A stretch of 32,000 nucleotides of DNA, taken from Dickeya dadantii NCPPB 898. GTDB lineage: Bacteria; Pseudomonadota; Gammaproteobacteria; Enterobacterales; Enterobacteriaceae. This document shows, piece by piece, positions 1-9,342 of this stretch. The notes beneath the pieces are model-generated. The model was not told the DNA's origin, made no database searches, and was given only the letters and a program-made list of their open reading frames with translations. Location: positions 2,951,337-2,983,336 of the forward strand of contig NZ_CM001976.1 of assembly GCF_000406145.1 (NCBI RefSeq), given 5' to 3'. A program made the translations under genes and the position numbers. Position 1 is the stretch's first letter, and each line of letters begins with the position of its first letter.

Positions 1-163
1 GCAGCATCTTGTCCACTTCCCTGAGCAGATGCTGCATGTCATGACGCGGATGAAGGGTGCTATAGCTCACCAGCCGGACATCCGGGTCGATGAACTGCAG
101 TTGCAGCACTTTCTCATGATTACCCGGACTGCTTGAATCAAAACCGTGCAAATAAATGATCAT
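1..163 (-). CDS. ycfP: YcfP (UPF0227) esterase-like protein, N-terminal ~54 codons only; the gene runs off the left edge
   Basis: Minus-strand translation from the ATG at 163-161 gives [54 protein letters not shown]. This is nearly identical to the E. coli YcfP N-terminus as I recall it. A GGAGGGAAGG Shine-Dalgarno lies just upstream (~169-178). It sits directly downstream of nagZ, as in E. coli. It is too short for the ORF track. Confidence 0.85.
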   Translation of the reverse strand, partial: MIIYLHGFDSSSPGNHEKVLQLQFIDPDVRLVSYSTLHPRHDMQHLLREVDKML

Positions 164-198
164 CGGTGCCTTCCCTCCAGCCTCATGTAGCGGGTGAT

Positions 199-1224
199 TT
201 AACCGGCGGCTTTGTGTGCCTGCCAGCGCTCACTCAGTGCCGTCAACTGCGACGTCGCCTGTTTCCAGCGCGATGAATTCAGCAGTTCCCGACGTGTGAT
301 CAATCCCCGATGATAGAGCGTCTCCAGCCCCGGAACTTTGACCGGAGACAGGTTATCCAACACGCTAATCGCGCCCTGCCGCTGATTACAGACCAGAATC
401 ATGTCGCATCCGGCATCCAGCGCCGCCTGCGCGCGCTCGGCATAGCCGCCCATCACCGCCGCGCCTTCCATCGACAGGTCATCCGAGAAGATGATGCCGC
501 CGAACCCCAGCTCCTGACGCAGCACCTGTTTGAGCCAGTAAGGCGACCCGCTGGCCGGACGGGGATCGGCATCGGTATAAATCACGTGTGCCGGCATCAC
601 CGCATCCAACTGCTGACGGGCGATCAGTTCCCGAAAAACCCGCATATCCCGCTGCTGAATGTGTGCCAGCGGCCGCTCGTCCCGCGGCGTTTCTTTATGG
701 GAATCCGCCGTTACCGCACCGTGTCCGGGGAAATGCTTGCCCGTTGCCTTCATGCCTGCGGCACGCATACCGGCAATAAAACGCTCCGCCACCGCCAGCA
801 AGGTGTCCGGGTCGTCATGGAAAGAGCGATCGCCAATCGCCGCGCTCTGGTGCCCAACATCCAGCACCGGCGCGAAGCTGATATCGATATCCATAGCGAT
901 CATCTCCGCCGCCATCACCCAGCCCGCGTCTTCCGCCAGCCGTTGCGCCTGCGGCAACGGGTTCAGCGCGGCAAACGACTGCGCGGCCGGCAGCGCGGTA
1001 AAACCGTCGCGAAACCGCTGCACGCGGCCGCCTTCCTGATCGACCGATACCACCAGCCGCTCGCGAGAAGCGCGACGCATCTGACGCACCAGTTCCGCCA
1101 GTTGGTCGGCGTCATGAAAGTTACGGCTAAACAGGATCACGCCGCCCACCAGCGGGTGCGCCAGCACTTCGCGATCTTCCGCGTCCAGCTCATAGCCGGC
1201 CACATCTAACATTAACGGCCCCAC
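199..1224 (-). CDS. nagZ: beta-N-acetylhexosaminidase NagZ (GH3, peptidoglycan recycling)
   Basis: Track ORF 199..1350. GH3 motifs [11 protein letters not shown] and KHFPGHG are present, with collinear similarity to E. coli NagZ. I place the start at the GTG at 1224-1222, which has GAAGAGG 5 nt upstream. This gives MGPLMLDV... and 341 codons, matching E. coli (MGPVMLDV, 341 aa). The upstream in-frame starts at 1350, 1305, 1257 and 1251 lack an SD, so the start is less certain than the gene identity. Confidence 0.92.
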   Translation of the reverse strand: MGPLMLDVAGYELDAEDREVLAHPLVGGVILFSRNFHDADQLAELVRQMRRASRERLVVSVDQEGGRVQRFRDGFTALPAAQSFAALNPLPQAQRLAEDAGWVMAAEMIAMDIDISFAPVLDVGHQSAAIGDRSFHDDPDTLLAVAERFIAGMRAAGMKATGKHFPGHGAVTADSHKETPRDERPLAHIQQRDMRVFRELIARQQLDAVMPAHVIYTDADPRPASGSPYWLKQVLRQELGFGGIIFSDDLSMEGAAVMGGYAERAQAALDAGCDMILVCNQRQGAISVLDNLSPVKVPGLETLYHRGLITRRELLNSSRWKQATSQLTALSERWQAHKAAG

Positions 1225-1337
1225 AAACACCTCTTCTGTATGATTACCCATCGACATGATGAGCAAATCGACATGATGGTCAAATCGGCCTGATGAAATC
1301 GGCATGATAGCCAAACGCCCGCTCCGGCGGTAAAGGC

Positions 1338-2201
1338 TCAACCGCGCCACCCCGCTACCCGCCGTAACGCGTCAGCCGTCTGTCGGTAATACGTCTCACC
1401 GCTCTGCCGCCAGCGGACTTCGAACCACATCAGCACCAGATAATCCACCCAATATTGCCAGCGCGCCGCCTGCCGCCGCAATGACGCCGGGCGCAGGTGA
1501 CGCCAGTGCCGGCAATACGCCTGTAAAAAATCCTGCTGACGCGCGTCATCCAGCTCGCAGGCCCGGAACAACAACGCCAGCTCCAGCCCGATATCGCCGT
1601 CCGCGGCGTACTCCCAGTCAATCAATCGCCAGCCGACCTCGGTACACAGCAGATTACCGGGATGCACATCCAGATGCAGCGGCGCGATCAGCAACGGCGT
1701 CGGCAACGGCTTATCCACCACTTGCTGATAGGCGCGCCTCAGACGCGGCGAGCGCCGGGCAGGGTCCATATGCTGCCAGTGCTGCGTCATCAGGCGTTTC
1801 AACGGCAGCGGATAGCCGTAGCGCGGCTGATGATGCAGACGCGCCAACATCGCCGCCAGTTGTCCTTCCGCCAGCGACTGCGCAAACTGGCGCGCATCGG
1901 CCGGCTCGCCCGCCAACCACTCCACCAGCAACCAGCCGTCGTGCCAGCACACCGGATGCGGTGCCAGCGACTGCCCAGCCAGTTGTCGCAACACATGAAA
2001 CTCGCGCTGTCGGGAAGTGCCGAGCTGGCGCCCCTGCGGCGTTTCGCCGCGCGCCAGCCACAGCCCGGCCGGAGAATGAATGCGCCAGCTCTGGTGACTC
2101 AGGCCGCTGACCGGCTGTAAATAAAAACCGGCGGTCGCTACCGCCGGCAGAGCTTGTTGCAACAGCGCGTTCAGCGCCTCACTGTTGGCGGACCGTACCA
2201 T
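1338..2201 (-). CDS. thiK: thiamine kinase ThiK
   Basis: Track ORF 1338..2216. The kinase motifs [10 protein letters not shown] and [17 protein letters not shown] match E. coli ThiK. The track start at 2216 is a TTG, and I prefer the ATG at 2201 (MVRSANSE...). The gene overlaps the lpoB 3' end. Confidence 0.85.
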   Translation of the reverse strand: MVRSANSEALNALLQQALPAVATAGFYLQPVSGLSHQSWRIHSPAGLWLARGETPQGRQLGTSRQREFHVLRQLAGQSLAPHPVCWHDGWLLVEWLAGEPADARQFAQSLAEGQLAAMLARLHHQPRYGYPLPLKRLMTQHWQHMDPARRSPRLRRAYQQVVDKPLPTPLLIAPLHLDVHPGNLLCTEVGWRLIDWEYAADGDIGLELALLFRACELDDARQQDFLQAYCRHWRHLRPASLRRQAARWQYWVDYLVLMWFEVRWRQSGETYYRQTADALRRVAGWRG

Positions 2202-2769
2202 TGCCGGACCAGACAATCTCGCCGGTCTGCACCAGCATCAGTTGCATCGACAGTTCGGGCGACTTAACGTCGCCGCTGGCGTCGGCATATAACACGTATT
2301 GCGCGCCGACATAACGGGCCAGCCCCACCGCTTTACTGCGCGATTCAAGGCTGTCTTCCTCCGATAACCCCAGCGACTGCCGGGCCACGCCCAGTTGTTC
2401 GCGCGACACCATCGTAAACTGGCCGGAAGAGGCCAGCGCGTTATACAGCGCCGTGGTCGCCTGAGCGGTCTGCAACGAACCGTTGGTGTTATTTTTAAGC
2501 TTGTTCAGCAGCAGAATGCTGCCTCTGGCGATGCCGTCGGTTTTCACCATCTGCCCCACCAGCGGCGTAACCGCCGCCGACCAGTCCAGCACCGGCACCT
2601 GAATCTTCGGCGGCGTCGGCAATGGCTGACTTTCTGACGGCGGCAACTGCGGTTTCGACGGTGTGGGGACGGCGGGTTCGATGGTGGCCGGCTGTTCCGT
2701 TTGCGGCACGCGGCTGGTACAGCCTACAATCACCAGCGCCATCAGCACGATGCCAAGATATTTTTTCAT
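2179..2769 (-). CDS. lpoB: outer-membrane lipoprotein LpoB, activator of PBP1B
   Basis: Track ORF 2179..2787. The C-terminus [21 protein letters not shown] matches E. coli LpoB. The start at 2769 (MKKYLGIVLMALVIVGC) is preceded by AAGAGGA. A lipobox VIVGC and a Pro-rich linker are present. Confidence 0.92.
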   Translation of the reverse strand: MKKYLGIVLMALVIVGCTSRVPQTEQPATIEPAVPTPSKPQLPPSESQPLPTPPKIQVPVLDWSAAVTPLVGQMVKTDGIARGSILLLNKLKNNTNGSLQTAQATTALYNALASSGQFTMVSREQLGVARQSLGLSEEDSLESRSKAVGLARYVGAQYVLYADASGDVKSPELSMQLMLVQTGEIVWSGNGTVRQQ

Positions 2770-2790
2770 GTCTGTCCTCTTAATCACGCC

Positions 2791-3174
2791 TCAGAGAAAA
2801 AGATAAAGCCGTACCTGACTGGCTGCCGGGTTGGCGTGCGTGGCCACAAGTGAGATATCCGTATGGGCAGGAATCACCGCCGTCTGGCTGACATCCAGCG
2901 GCGGCACATCCAACCCCTGTTGATCATACCAGTAAAAACGGTAGTGCAGCGTTACCGGCCGTTCCGACGCATTGCTGATACGGGCCGACGCCTGCTGACC
3001 TGCGTCGCCACGTGACAACGACGGACGAGAAGCGCTAATGCCGGCCGCCATCACCGAGGCGTCCAGCACCAGCGTCTGTTTGGAGTTAATGGGCAGACTG
3101 GCCGTTTTGCTGCATCCGACAAGCGACATGCTCAGCAGCAGAGCGGCCAATGCACCTGATGAAAATGCGCGCAT
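2791..3174 (-). CDS. ycfL: lipoprotein YcfL
   Basis: Track ORF 2791..3216. The segments VTLHYRFYWYDQQGL and VRLYLFL match E. coli YcfL. The start MRAFSSGALAALLLSMSLVGC at 3174 carries a lipobox LVGC. Confidence 0.88.
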   Translation of the reverse strand: MRAFSSGALAALLLSMSLVGCSKTASLPINSKQTLVLDASVMAAGISASRPSLSRGDAGQQASARISNASERPVTLHYRFYWYDQQGLDVPPLDVSQTAVIPAHTDISLVATHANPAASQVRLYLFL

Positions 3175-3181
3175 GACCGCA

Positions 3182-3532
3182 TCAACCGGCCAGCAACGGC
3201 CCCAGCGGGCGACCACCCAGCAGATGCATATGGATGTGATACACCTCCTGACCGCCGTGACGATTGCAGTTGATGATCAAACGGTAGCCGTCATCCGCAA
3301 TCCCTTCCTGACGGGCAATGCTGCCCGCGACGGTGATCATGCGGCCGAGCGCCGCTTCATGCTCCGGCGCGGTGTCGTTCACGGTGGGAATCAGCACATT
3401 CGGCACAATCAGAATGTGGGTGGGAGTACGTGGCGCGATGTCGCGAAAGGCAGTGACCAATTCATCCTGATACACGATATCGGCGGGGATTTCCCGACGA
3501 ATGATTTTACTGAAAATGGTTTCTTCAGCCAT
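3182..3532 (-). CDS. hinT: purine nucleoside phosphoramidase HinT (HIT family)
   Basis: Track ORF, 116 aa. [16 protein letters not shown]...HIHMHLLGG contains the histidine-triad motif HxHxHxx. It is near-identical to E. coli HinT. Confidence 0.96.
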   Translation of the reverse strand: MAEETIFSKIIRREIPADIVYQDELVTAFRDIAPRTPTHILIVPNVLIPTVNDTAPEHEAALGRMITVAGSIARQEGIADDGYRLIINCNRHGGQEVYHIHMHLLGGRPLGPLLAG

Positions 3533-3589
3533 AACACAGTTCCTTTAAAAACGAGCGCTGTTCAACGATGCGGCCTGCAGTATGAGTGA

Positions 3590-3716
3590 TATACCCGTCA
3601 TACTTCAAGTTGCAGGTGCGTTGGCTGCCCTCACTCACCCCAGTCACTTACTTATGTAAGCTCCTGAGGATTCACTCGGTTGCCGCCTTCCTGTAACTTG
3701 AATTATTTAGGGTATA
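3590..3716. repeat. ERIC / IRU element (enterobacterial repetitive intergenic consensus), full length ~127 bp
   Basis: The sequence tatacccgtcatacttcaagttgcag...cactcaccccagtcacttacttatgtaagctcctgaggattcac...ctgtaacttgaattatttagggtata contains the reverse complement of the ERIC core GTGAATCCCCAGGAGCTTACATAAGTAAGTGACTGGGGTGAGCG with few mismatches. It also has the terminal inverted TATACCC/GGGTATA ends. Confidence 0.9.
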
Positions 3717-3770
3717 AATCCAATACTTTTCAACTCTCTTTGTCGATGCTCGCCACGCGTTGCACCGACG

Positions 3771-4832
3771 TTACGCCGTAAAAAATACCGCCGGCATGCC
3801 CAGAGAACACCCGGCGTCGGTAATTTTCCACCACTCGCCGTCGGAAATGGTGATGCCTTCAGCCTGACGCTGCCGGCGGACCTGGCGTTCCGGTTCGCCG
3901 GCAATCAGAATCGGTACCGCCGGATCCGGCGAGCGCGACGCGCGGACATACGCCAACATGGCATCGTACTCCTGTTTCAGCCACGCCATCCCCACCAGTT
4001 TAGCCGGGTCAATCACAATGGTGGTCATGTTGTTAACGATGGCGCCTTCGCGCGGATTGCCCGGATGGATGGTGCCGCCGCCGGACAAAATACCCGCCAG
4101 CAGTTCCGCCGCCAGAATCAGGCCGCCGCCCTTGTGACGTGCGATCGGCAACAACGCGCCGGTCGACTCGCCTTCCCACATCACTCGCGGATCGGCGCTC
4201 GGGCGCCCGTCGCTGTCCAGCATCACCGGCTCATCAAAACTTTTCCCCGCCAGCCAGGCCACGCGCGTTTTACCCAGCGCCACAATGCTGGTGGCGAAGT
4301 CCAGAATAAAATCGGGATTGTCGTCACTGCCCGGAAAAGCAATACAGATCGGGTTGGTGCCGAAACGCGCTTCGCTGCCGCCGAACGGCGCCACCAGCGG
4401 CGCGATATCGCTGACGTTAACGAAATGAATCGAAATCAGACCGGCCTGCGCCGCCATTTCGCCATAGGTGCCAATGCGGCCCAGATGGCAGGTCGACGCC
4501 AGCGTCATCAGGCAGATGCCGGTGGTTTTCACCCGCTCGATCGCCGCCAGCATCGCTTCGCGCCCGGTGCGTTGCCCGAACCCGCGATCGCCGGAGAACT
4601 GCAACACCGCGCCGCCATCCTGCAGCAAACGAGCCGGCGTATTGGGATGCATGATGCCCTGCGCGATGAAGCTGACGTACTCCGGCAGCATGCCGACCCC
4701 GTGGCTGTCATGCCCTTTAAGATTCGCGCCGACCAGATGAAGCGCCACGCACTCGGCTTCGTCGTGGTCACACCCGGTGTTACGCAACAGTTCATAGGCT
4801 ATCTGCGTTAAACGCTCAGCTGAAATCCGCAT
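3771..4832 (-). CDS. Ldh_2-family (malate/L-lactate dehydrogenase type 2) NAD(P)H-dependent 2-oxoacid reductase, YbiC/HcxB-like
   Basis: Track ORF, 353 aa. The motifs GHDSHGVGMLPEYV, GDRGFGQ, CHLGRIGTYGE, RFGTNPI, ALGKTRVA and ARHKGGGL are collinear with E. coli YbiC as I recall it. A GAGGGA SD lies 5 nt before the ATG at 4832. Confidence 0.8.
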   Translation of the reverse strand: MRISAERLTQIAYELLRNTGCDHDEAECVALHLVGANLKGHDSHGVGMLPEYVSFIAQGIMHPNTPARLLQDGGAVLQFSGDRGFGQRTGREAMLAAIERVKTTGICLMTLASTCHLGRIGTYGEMAAQAGLISIHFVNVSDIAPLVAPFGGSEARFGTNPICIAFPGSDDNPDFILDFATSIVALGKTRVAWLAGKSFDEPVMLDSDGRPSADPRVMWEGESTGALLPIARHKGGGLILAAELLAGILSGGGTIHPGNPREGAIVNNMTTIVIDPAKLVGMAWLKQEYDAMLAYVRASRSPDPAVPILIAGEPERQVRRQRQAEGITISDGEWWKITDAGCSLGMPAVFFTA

Positions 4833-5016
4833 ACTGTTCCCTCTGAAAGAATGATGTTGTGGTACGCCGCTGATGGACGATGTTGTTATGGGCAGAGCGG
4901 CGTTGGTTATCTACTGTCGTGACTGACGACGGGCGTATCACGCACGGCAGTGTCAGTTATCCTACTGCCGAACTTCCTGTGAGGGGAAACGATTCTGCCC
5001 TGCCGGGGGGCAGTCT

Positions 5017-5058
5017 CTGGATATAAAAAGCAGGATATAAAAAACAGGATGTAAAAAA
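5017..5058. repeat. 3 x 14-bp imperfect tandem repeat (ctggatataaaaag / caggatataaaaaa / caggatgtaaaaaa)
   Basis: Read directly from the sequence. The last A-run doubles as the U-tract of the ptsG terminator on the minus strand. Confidence 0.85.
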
Positions 5059-5072
5059 GGGGCCGTAGCCCC
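5053..5072 (-). terminator. rho-independent terminator of ptsG
   Basis: On the minus strand, GGGGCTACGGCCCC (GGGGC/GCCCC stem) is followed by TTTTTT, about 40 nt after the ptsG stop. The plus strand also has TTTT after the stem. Confidence 0.8.
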
Positions 5073-5114
5073 TTTTCGTCAACTCCCCGTAATCCGTCAG
5101 TGGTTACGGATATT

Positions 5115-6548
5115 TCAGTGATTACGAATGTAATCGTCCATATCGGTTTTCAGGTTGTCGGACTTGGTGCCGAAGATCGCCTGCACGCCGGAACCGGCTA
5201 CCACCACGCCCGCCGCGCCCAGTTTCTTCAGCTCGGCCTGGTCAACTTTGGACACATCACCCACGCTAACGCGCAGACGGGTGATACAGGCATCCAGGTT
5301 GGTGATGTTTTCTTTGCCGCCGAACGCGGAAACCAGCGACGCCGCCATTTCAGAGTTGCCCTGAGCGGACTGCTCGGACGAGGACTCTTCACGACCCGGG
5401 GTTTTCAGATCCAGTTTGGCGATCAGCACGCGGAACACGGTGTAGTACACCGCGGCATAGCACAGGCCGACGATCGGGAACAGCCACAGTTTGCTGCCGT
5501 TGCCGCTCAGTACGATGAAGTCGATCAGACCGTGCGAAAAGCTGGTACCGTCACGCATGCCGAGCAGAATACAAATCGGGAACGCCAGACCGGCCAGCAC
5601 CGCGTGGATGACATACAGAATCGGCGCAACGAAAATGAAGGAGAACTCGATAGGTTCGGTAATACCGGTCAGGAACGCGGTCAGCGCAGCGGAAATCATG
5701 ATGCCGCCAACTTTGGCGCGGTTTTCCGGTTTAGCCGAATGCCAGATGGCAAGCGCGGCGGCCGGCAGGCCATACATTTTGAACAGGAAACCGCCAGACA
5801 GTTTACCAGCGGTCGGGTCGCCCGCCATATAACGAGGAATATCGCCATGGAATACTTGGCCCGCGGCGTTGGTGAACTCGCCTACCTGCATCTGGAACGG
5901 TACGTTCCAGATATGGTGCAGACCAAACGGCACCAGACTACGCTCAACGATGCCGTAGATACCGAACGCCAGTACTGGGTTCTGGTAAGCGGCCCATTGA
6001 GAGAATGTCTGAATCGCGCTGCCCACCGGCGGCCAAATGAACGACAACGCCACACCGACGATGATGGCGGTCAGGCCGGAGATGATCGGCACAAAACGCT
6101 TACCGGCAAAGAAGCCCAGGTATTCCGGCAAACGAATGCGGTAAAAGCGGTTGAACATGTAGGCGGCAATCGCACCGGCGATAATCCCCCCCAGCACGCC
6201 GGTGTCGGCCATGTGGTTAGCGGCGATATCCGCCGGCGACATATGCAGCACCAGCGGCGCCACCACCGCCATGGTTTTCACCATGATGCCGTAAGCAACC
6301 ACCGCAGCCAGCGCGGACACGCCGTCATTATTGGTGAAGCCCAGCGCCACGCCGATAGCGAAAATCAGCGGCATGTTGGCAAACACCGAATCGCCCGCCT
6401 GCGCCATCACGCTGGAAACAACCGCCGGCAGCCAGCTAAAGTTGGCCGACCCGACGCCCAGCAGAATACCGGCGATAGGCAGCACGGACACTGGCAGCAT
6501 CAGCGATTTACCTACTTTCTGTAGGTTTGCAAATGCATTCTTGAACAT
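5115..6548 (-). CDS. ptsG: PTS glucose-specific EIICB component
   Basis: Track ORF, 477 aa. [33 protein letters not shown]... and the EIIB motif [13 protein letters not shown] match E. coli PtsG (477 aa) almost throughout. Confidence 0.98.
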   Translation of the reverse strand: MFKNAFANLQKVGKSLMLPVSVLPIAGILLGVGSANFSWLPAVVSSVMAQAGDSVFANMPLIFAIGVALGFTNNDGVSALAAVVAYGIMVKTMAVVAPLVLHMSPADIAANHMADTGVLGGIIAGAIAAYMFNRFYRIRLPEYLGFFAGKRFVPIISGLTAIIVGVALSFIWPPVGSAIQTFSQWAAYQNPVLAFGIYGIVERSLVPFGLHHIWNVPFQMQVGEFTNAAGQVFHGDIPRYMAGDPTAGKLSGGFLFKMYGLPAAALAIWHSAKPENRAKVGGIMISAALTAFLTGITEPIEFSFIFVAPILYVIHAVLAGLAFPICILLGMRDGTSFSHGLIDFIVLSGNGSKLWLFPIVGLCYAAVYYTVFRVLIAKLDLKTPGREESSSEQSAQGNSEMAASLVSAFGGKENITNLDACITRLRVSVGDVSKVDQAELKKLGAAGVVVAGSGVQAIFGTKSDNLKTDMDDYIRNH

Positions 6549-6650
6549 AATAGAGAGTGCTCCTGAGTAATAGTGCTTCTACTTCTGACAGTTCGCCTGA
6601 AGGTGGGGAGGTCATCCTTCATGCGGTCGGGATGTGATATGCATCCTCAT

Positions 6651-6674
6651 TAATTTTTACGCAGAGTAAAATAA
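6651..6674 (-). promoter_or_regulatory. putative Mlc operator overlapping the ptsG P1 promoter
   Basis: The minus strand reads TTATTTTACTCTGCGTAAAAATTA. This parallels the E. coli ptsG Mlc site TTATTTTACTCTGTGTAATAAATAA as I recall it, has near-dyad symmetry, and lies ~100 nt upstream of the ptsG ATG. Confidence 0.55.
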
Positions 6675-6689
6675 ATGTTGCATCAAATG

Positions 6690-6705
6690 TTTGATAGCAG
6701 TCACG
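6690..6705 (-). promoter_or_regulatory. putative CRP site of the ptsG promoter
   Basis: The minus strand reads CGTGActgctaTCAAA, 4/5 + 4/5 to TGTGA-N6-TCACA. It sits immediately upstream of the Mlc-like operator, at the same relative position as CGTGAtagccgTCAAA in E. coli. Confidence 0.5.
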
Positions 6706-6865
6706 TTTCAACTCATGGGAAACCCACGTTACTATCAGAAGTCTTATGGTTTGTGATCTAACGCTAAAAATTAACCCCGCCATCGTACAGCGCAAGCTGC
6801 AAATGACAGGGATTATTAGCGATTAATTACGAAGCCAAAAAAAACTCGCGTATTCTCAACCAGTA

Positions 6866-7660
6866 TCAGGCCACGGTCAACCGTGCTGCATCAATGTGGA
6901 ATAGCCGAGCAAAATTTTCGGTGGTGGTGGATGCCAGTTGTTCGAGACTGACATTTTTGAGTACAGCCAGATATTCAGCCACATCGCGCACGTAGGCGGG
7001 CTGATTTTCCTTACCGCGGTAGGGAACCGGCGCCAGCCACGGGGAGTCGGTTTCAATCAGCAGCCGGTCCAGCGGCACGTAGCGGGCAACCTCTCGCAAC
7101 GCATCCGCATTACGGAAAGTCACGATCCCGGAAAAGGAAATATAGAACCCCAAATCCAGCAGTTTCTCCGCCGTTTCCCGATCTTCGGTAAAACAGTGCA
7201 GCACACCGCCGCATTCGTCCGCTTTTTCTTCGCGCAGGATGGCAAGCGTATCTTCGCGGGCGGAACGGGTATGCACAATCACCGGCTTATTCAGCGCCCG
7301 ACCCACGCGAATGTGCTCGCGAAACGATGCCTGCTGCTGCGGGATGGTGTCTTGCTGATAATAGTAATCCAGCCCGGTTTCCCCCAGCGCGACAACCGAC
7401 GGTAACGCCGCCAGCGTGCGCAGCTCGGCGAAATCGTACGGCTCTTCCTGACTGAGCGGGTGTACGCCGCAGGAAAACGCCACATTGTCGCGCTCGCCGA
7501 TCAACTCGGTCATGGCGCGGAATCCCGGCAAGGTGGTCGCCACCGCCAGAAAAAAGCCTACCTCGCGCTCACGGGCCTTGTTCAGCACGTCAGACACGTC
7601 TTTGTGCAGCGACTGATAATCCAAACCATCAAGATGGCAGTGGGAATCAACTAAGAACAT
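6866..7660 (-). CDS. ycfH: TatD-family metal-dependent hydrolase/DNase YcfH
   Basis: Track ORF, 264 aa. [22 protein letters not shown]... and [20 protein letters not shown] closely match E. coli YcfH. Confidence 0.95.
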   Translation of the reverse strand: MFLVDSHCHLDGLDYQSLHKDVSDVLNKAREREVGFFLAVATTLPGFRAMTELIGERDNVAFSCGVHPLSQEEPYDFAELRTLAALPSVVALGETGLDYYYQQDTIPQQQASFREHIRVGRALNKPVIVHTRSAREDTLAILREEKADECGGVLHCFTEDRETAEKLLDLGFYISFSGIVTFRNADALREVARYVPLDRLLIETDSPWLAPVPYRGKENQPAYVRDVAEYLAVLKNVSLEQLASTTTENFARLFHIDAARLTVA

Positions 7661-7679
7661 AATCAGGGGTATCCGGTAT

Positions 7680-8690
7680 TCAGGAAAAAGACGACGACAC
7701 CGGCAGCGTCGGAGATGACAACAAGCTCTCCCACGCCAGCAACAGTTCCGTCAATAACAATTCGCGGTTAACGCCCGTCACCGACAGCAACTGGTGACGA
7801 CAGTGCAGCCAGCGCCGTAAGCCATGATGCAGACGAGCCTCGCCAGGCTGTGACGCCAATTGCGCCACCAGCGCCGCCTGATCCTGGTTGGTCCGCCGAT
7901 CGGCGGCCTGATGGCGCCATTTCAGGGCATCCAGAAACAGCGTGCTCACCCAGTGGATGCGGCGATCGGCGTCCTCATGATTGAGCACGGGCAACAACGC
8001 CAGCGCATCACCGGACTGCAGGCTCTGCGCCAACTGCTGGCAAACGGCCTGACGCGCCTTCCAACTATCCGGCTGCAGCAGTGCTTCAGCGGCCAGCGGC
8101 GCTCCCGCCGCCAGTCGCAACGCAGTCTGCAGCGCCAGATCATCATCGTGTCCACGCCCGCGCAGCCATTGCATCCCTTGCGACTCAGCCGGCACATCCA
8201 GGTGCAAATGCAGGCAGCGACTGCGCATCGTCGCCAGCAACCGCCCCGGGTCACGGCATCCCAGCAGAAAATAGGTTTGCGCCGGCGGTTCCTCCAGCGT
8301 TTTCAGCAACGCATTGGCCGCCGCCTCGGTCAGGCTTTCCGCCTGCGGTAGCCAAACCACTTTCGCACCGCCCTGCCGCGAACGCTGGTACACCGGCTCC
8401 AGCACATCGCGCACCGCGTCAACCCCCAGGCTGTGCTTACCTTTTTCCGGGCTAAGGGTATGCCAGTCCGGATGCGTGCCGGCGCTCATCAGTTCACAGG
8501 AGTGGCAGCGGCCACAGCTCTTTGCGCCGTCCGGCTGCCGGCACAGCAACCAACGGCTGAATGCATACGCCAGCGAGGCGTCGCCCATGCCGTCGATAGC
8601 GTGCAGCAACAGCGCATGATGGCCGCGCTCCGCCTGATGCGACGCCAACAACTGGCGGTAAGGCGCATTCAGCCAGGGATACCACTCCAT
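7680..8690 (-). CDS. holB: DNA polymerase III delta-prime subunit
   Basis: Track ORF 7680..8693, whose first codon is TTG. I use the ATG at 8690 (MEWYPWL..., cf. E. coli MRWYPWL). The motifs GHHALLL, the zinc-module CGRCHSC and LLKTLEEPP are present. Confidence 0.94.
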   Translation of the reverse strand: MEWYPWLNAPYRQLLASHQAERGHHALLLHAIDGMGDASLAYAFSRWLLCRQPDGAKSCGRCHSCELMSAGTHPDWHTLSPEKGKHSLGVDAVRDVLEPVYQRSRQGGAKVVWLPQAESLTEAAANALLKTLEEPPAQTYFLLGCRDPGRLLATMRSRCLHLHLDVPAESQGMQWLRGRGHDDDLALQTALRLAAGAPLAAEALLQPDSWKARQAVCQQLAQSLQSGDALALLPVLNHEDADRRIHWVSTLFLDALKWRHQAADRRTNQDQAALVAQLASQPGEARLHHGLRRWLHCRHQLLSVTGVNRELLLTELLLAWESLLSSPTLPVSSSFS

Positions 8691-8697
8691 CAATCGT

Positions 8698-9342
8698 TCA
8701 CTCCCCTCGCCCGCTCAGTTGCCGCAACCAGTCAGACAAGACCTGACGAATGTCGGCGTTGACCTGCGCCAGCTCGCGGGACGCATCAATCGTCATGATA
8801 GAGGCGTCGGCCGCCGCCAGTTGCTGATAGCGGGCGCGGGTACGTTCGAAAAACGCCAGCGACTCCAGCTCGATGCGATCCAGCGCGCCGCGCTGGCGGG
8901 CACGTATAAGCCCCAACTCAGGCGGGATATCCAGATACAGCGTCAAATCAGGACGAAAATCGCCCAGCACGGTATCCCGCAGCGACGTCATCAACTGCTC
9001 ATCGATACCCCGGCCGCCACCCTGATAGGCCTGAGAAGAGAGATCGTGCCGATCGCCCACCACCCAGGCGCCACGGGCCAGCGCAGGACGAATCACGTTC
9101 TCCACCAGTTGTACCCGTGCCGCATATAGCATCAGCAGTTCGGCCTTATCCGTCAGCTTTTCATCCGCCACGCCCTGCTTGATCAACTCACGCAGTTTTT
9201 CCGCCAGCGGCGTACCGCCGGGTTCACGGGTAAACACGATGTCATCAATGCCGAAGGTTCGCAGCGTTTCCACCACCACCGCATGAGCGCTGGTTTTACC
9301 CGCGCCTTCCAGGCCTTCAATTACGATAAATTTACTGTTCAT
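8698..9342 (-). CDS. tmk: thymidylate kinase
   Basis: Track ORF, 214 aa. It has the P-loop [26 protein letters not shown], and high similarity to E. coli Tmk. The start overlaps the mltG stop by 11 nt. Confidence 0.97.
   Translation of the reverse strand: MNSKFIVIEGLEGAGKTSAHAVVVETLRTFGIDDIVFTREPGGTPLAEKLRELIKQGVADEKLTDKAELLMLYAARVQLVENVIRPALARGAWVVGDRHDLSSQAYQGGGRGIDEQLMTSLRDTVLGDFRPDLTLYLDIPPELGLIRARQRGALDRIELESLAFFERTRARYQQLAAADASIMTIDASRELAQVNADIRQVLSDWLRQLSGRGE

Noticed and set aside
310-1209. A 299-aa plus-strand ORF, with nested ORFs, antisense to nagZ. Similar long antisense ORFs lie opposite thiK, the Ldh_2 gene, holB, fabF, fabD and fabH.
   Set aside because: These are typical high-GC antisense frames rich in Arg/Pro/His. 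Each overlaps a confidently identified conserved gene, and none has a recognisable motif.
1225-1350. 5' extensions of track ORFs: nagZ to 1350, lpoB to 2787, ycfL to 3216, pabC to 11221, fabG to 13829, yceF from 17622, rluC to 19271, rne from 19766, ABM to 23451, dinI from 24670, trhO to 28238, OYE from 28304 and lpxL from 29634.
   Set aside because: In each case homology to the E. coli protein begins at an internal start codon that usually has a better SD. The extensions overlap upstream genes, terminators or operators (for example, the dinI extension would include its own LexA box).
5100-6524. A 474-aa ORF exactly antisense to ptsG.
   Set aside because: It is a shadow ORF of a strongly expressed GC-rich gene. 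Its composition is Arg/His/Gln/Gly-rich and low-complexity, it has no SD or recognisable domain, and the ptsG identity on the other strand is unambiguous.
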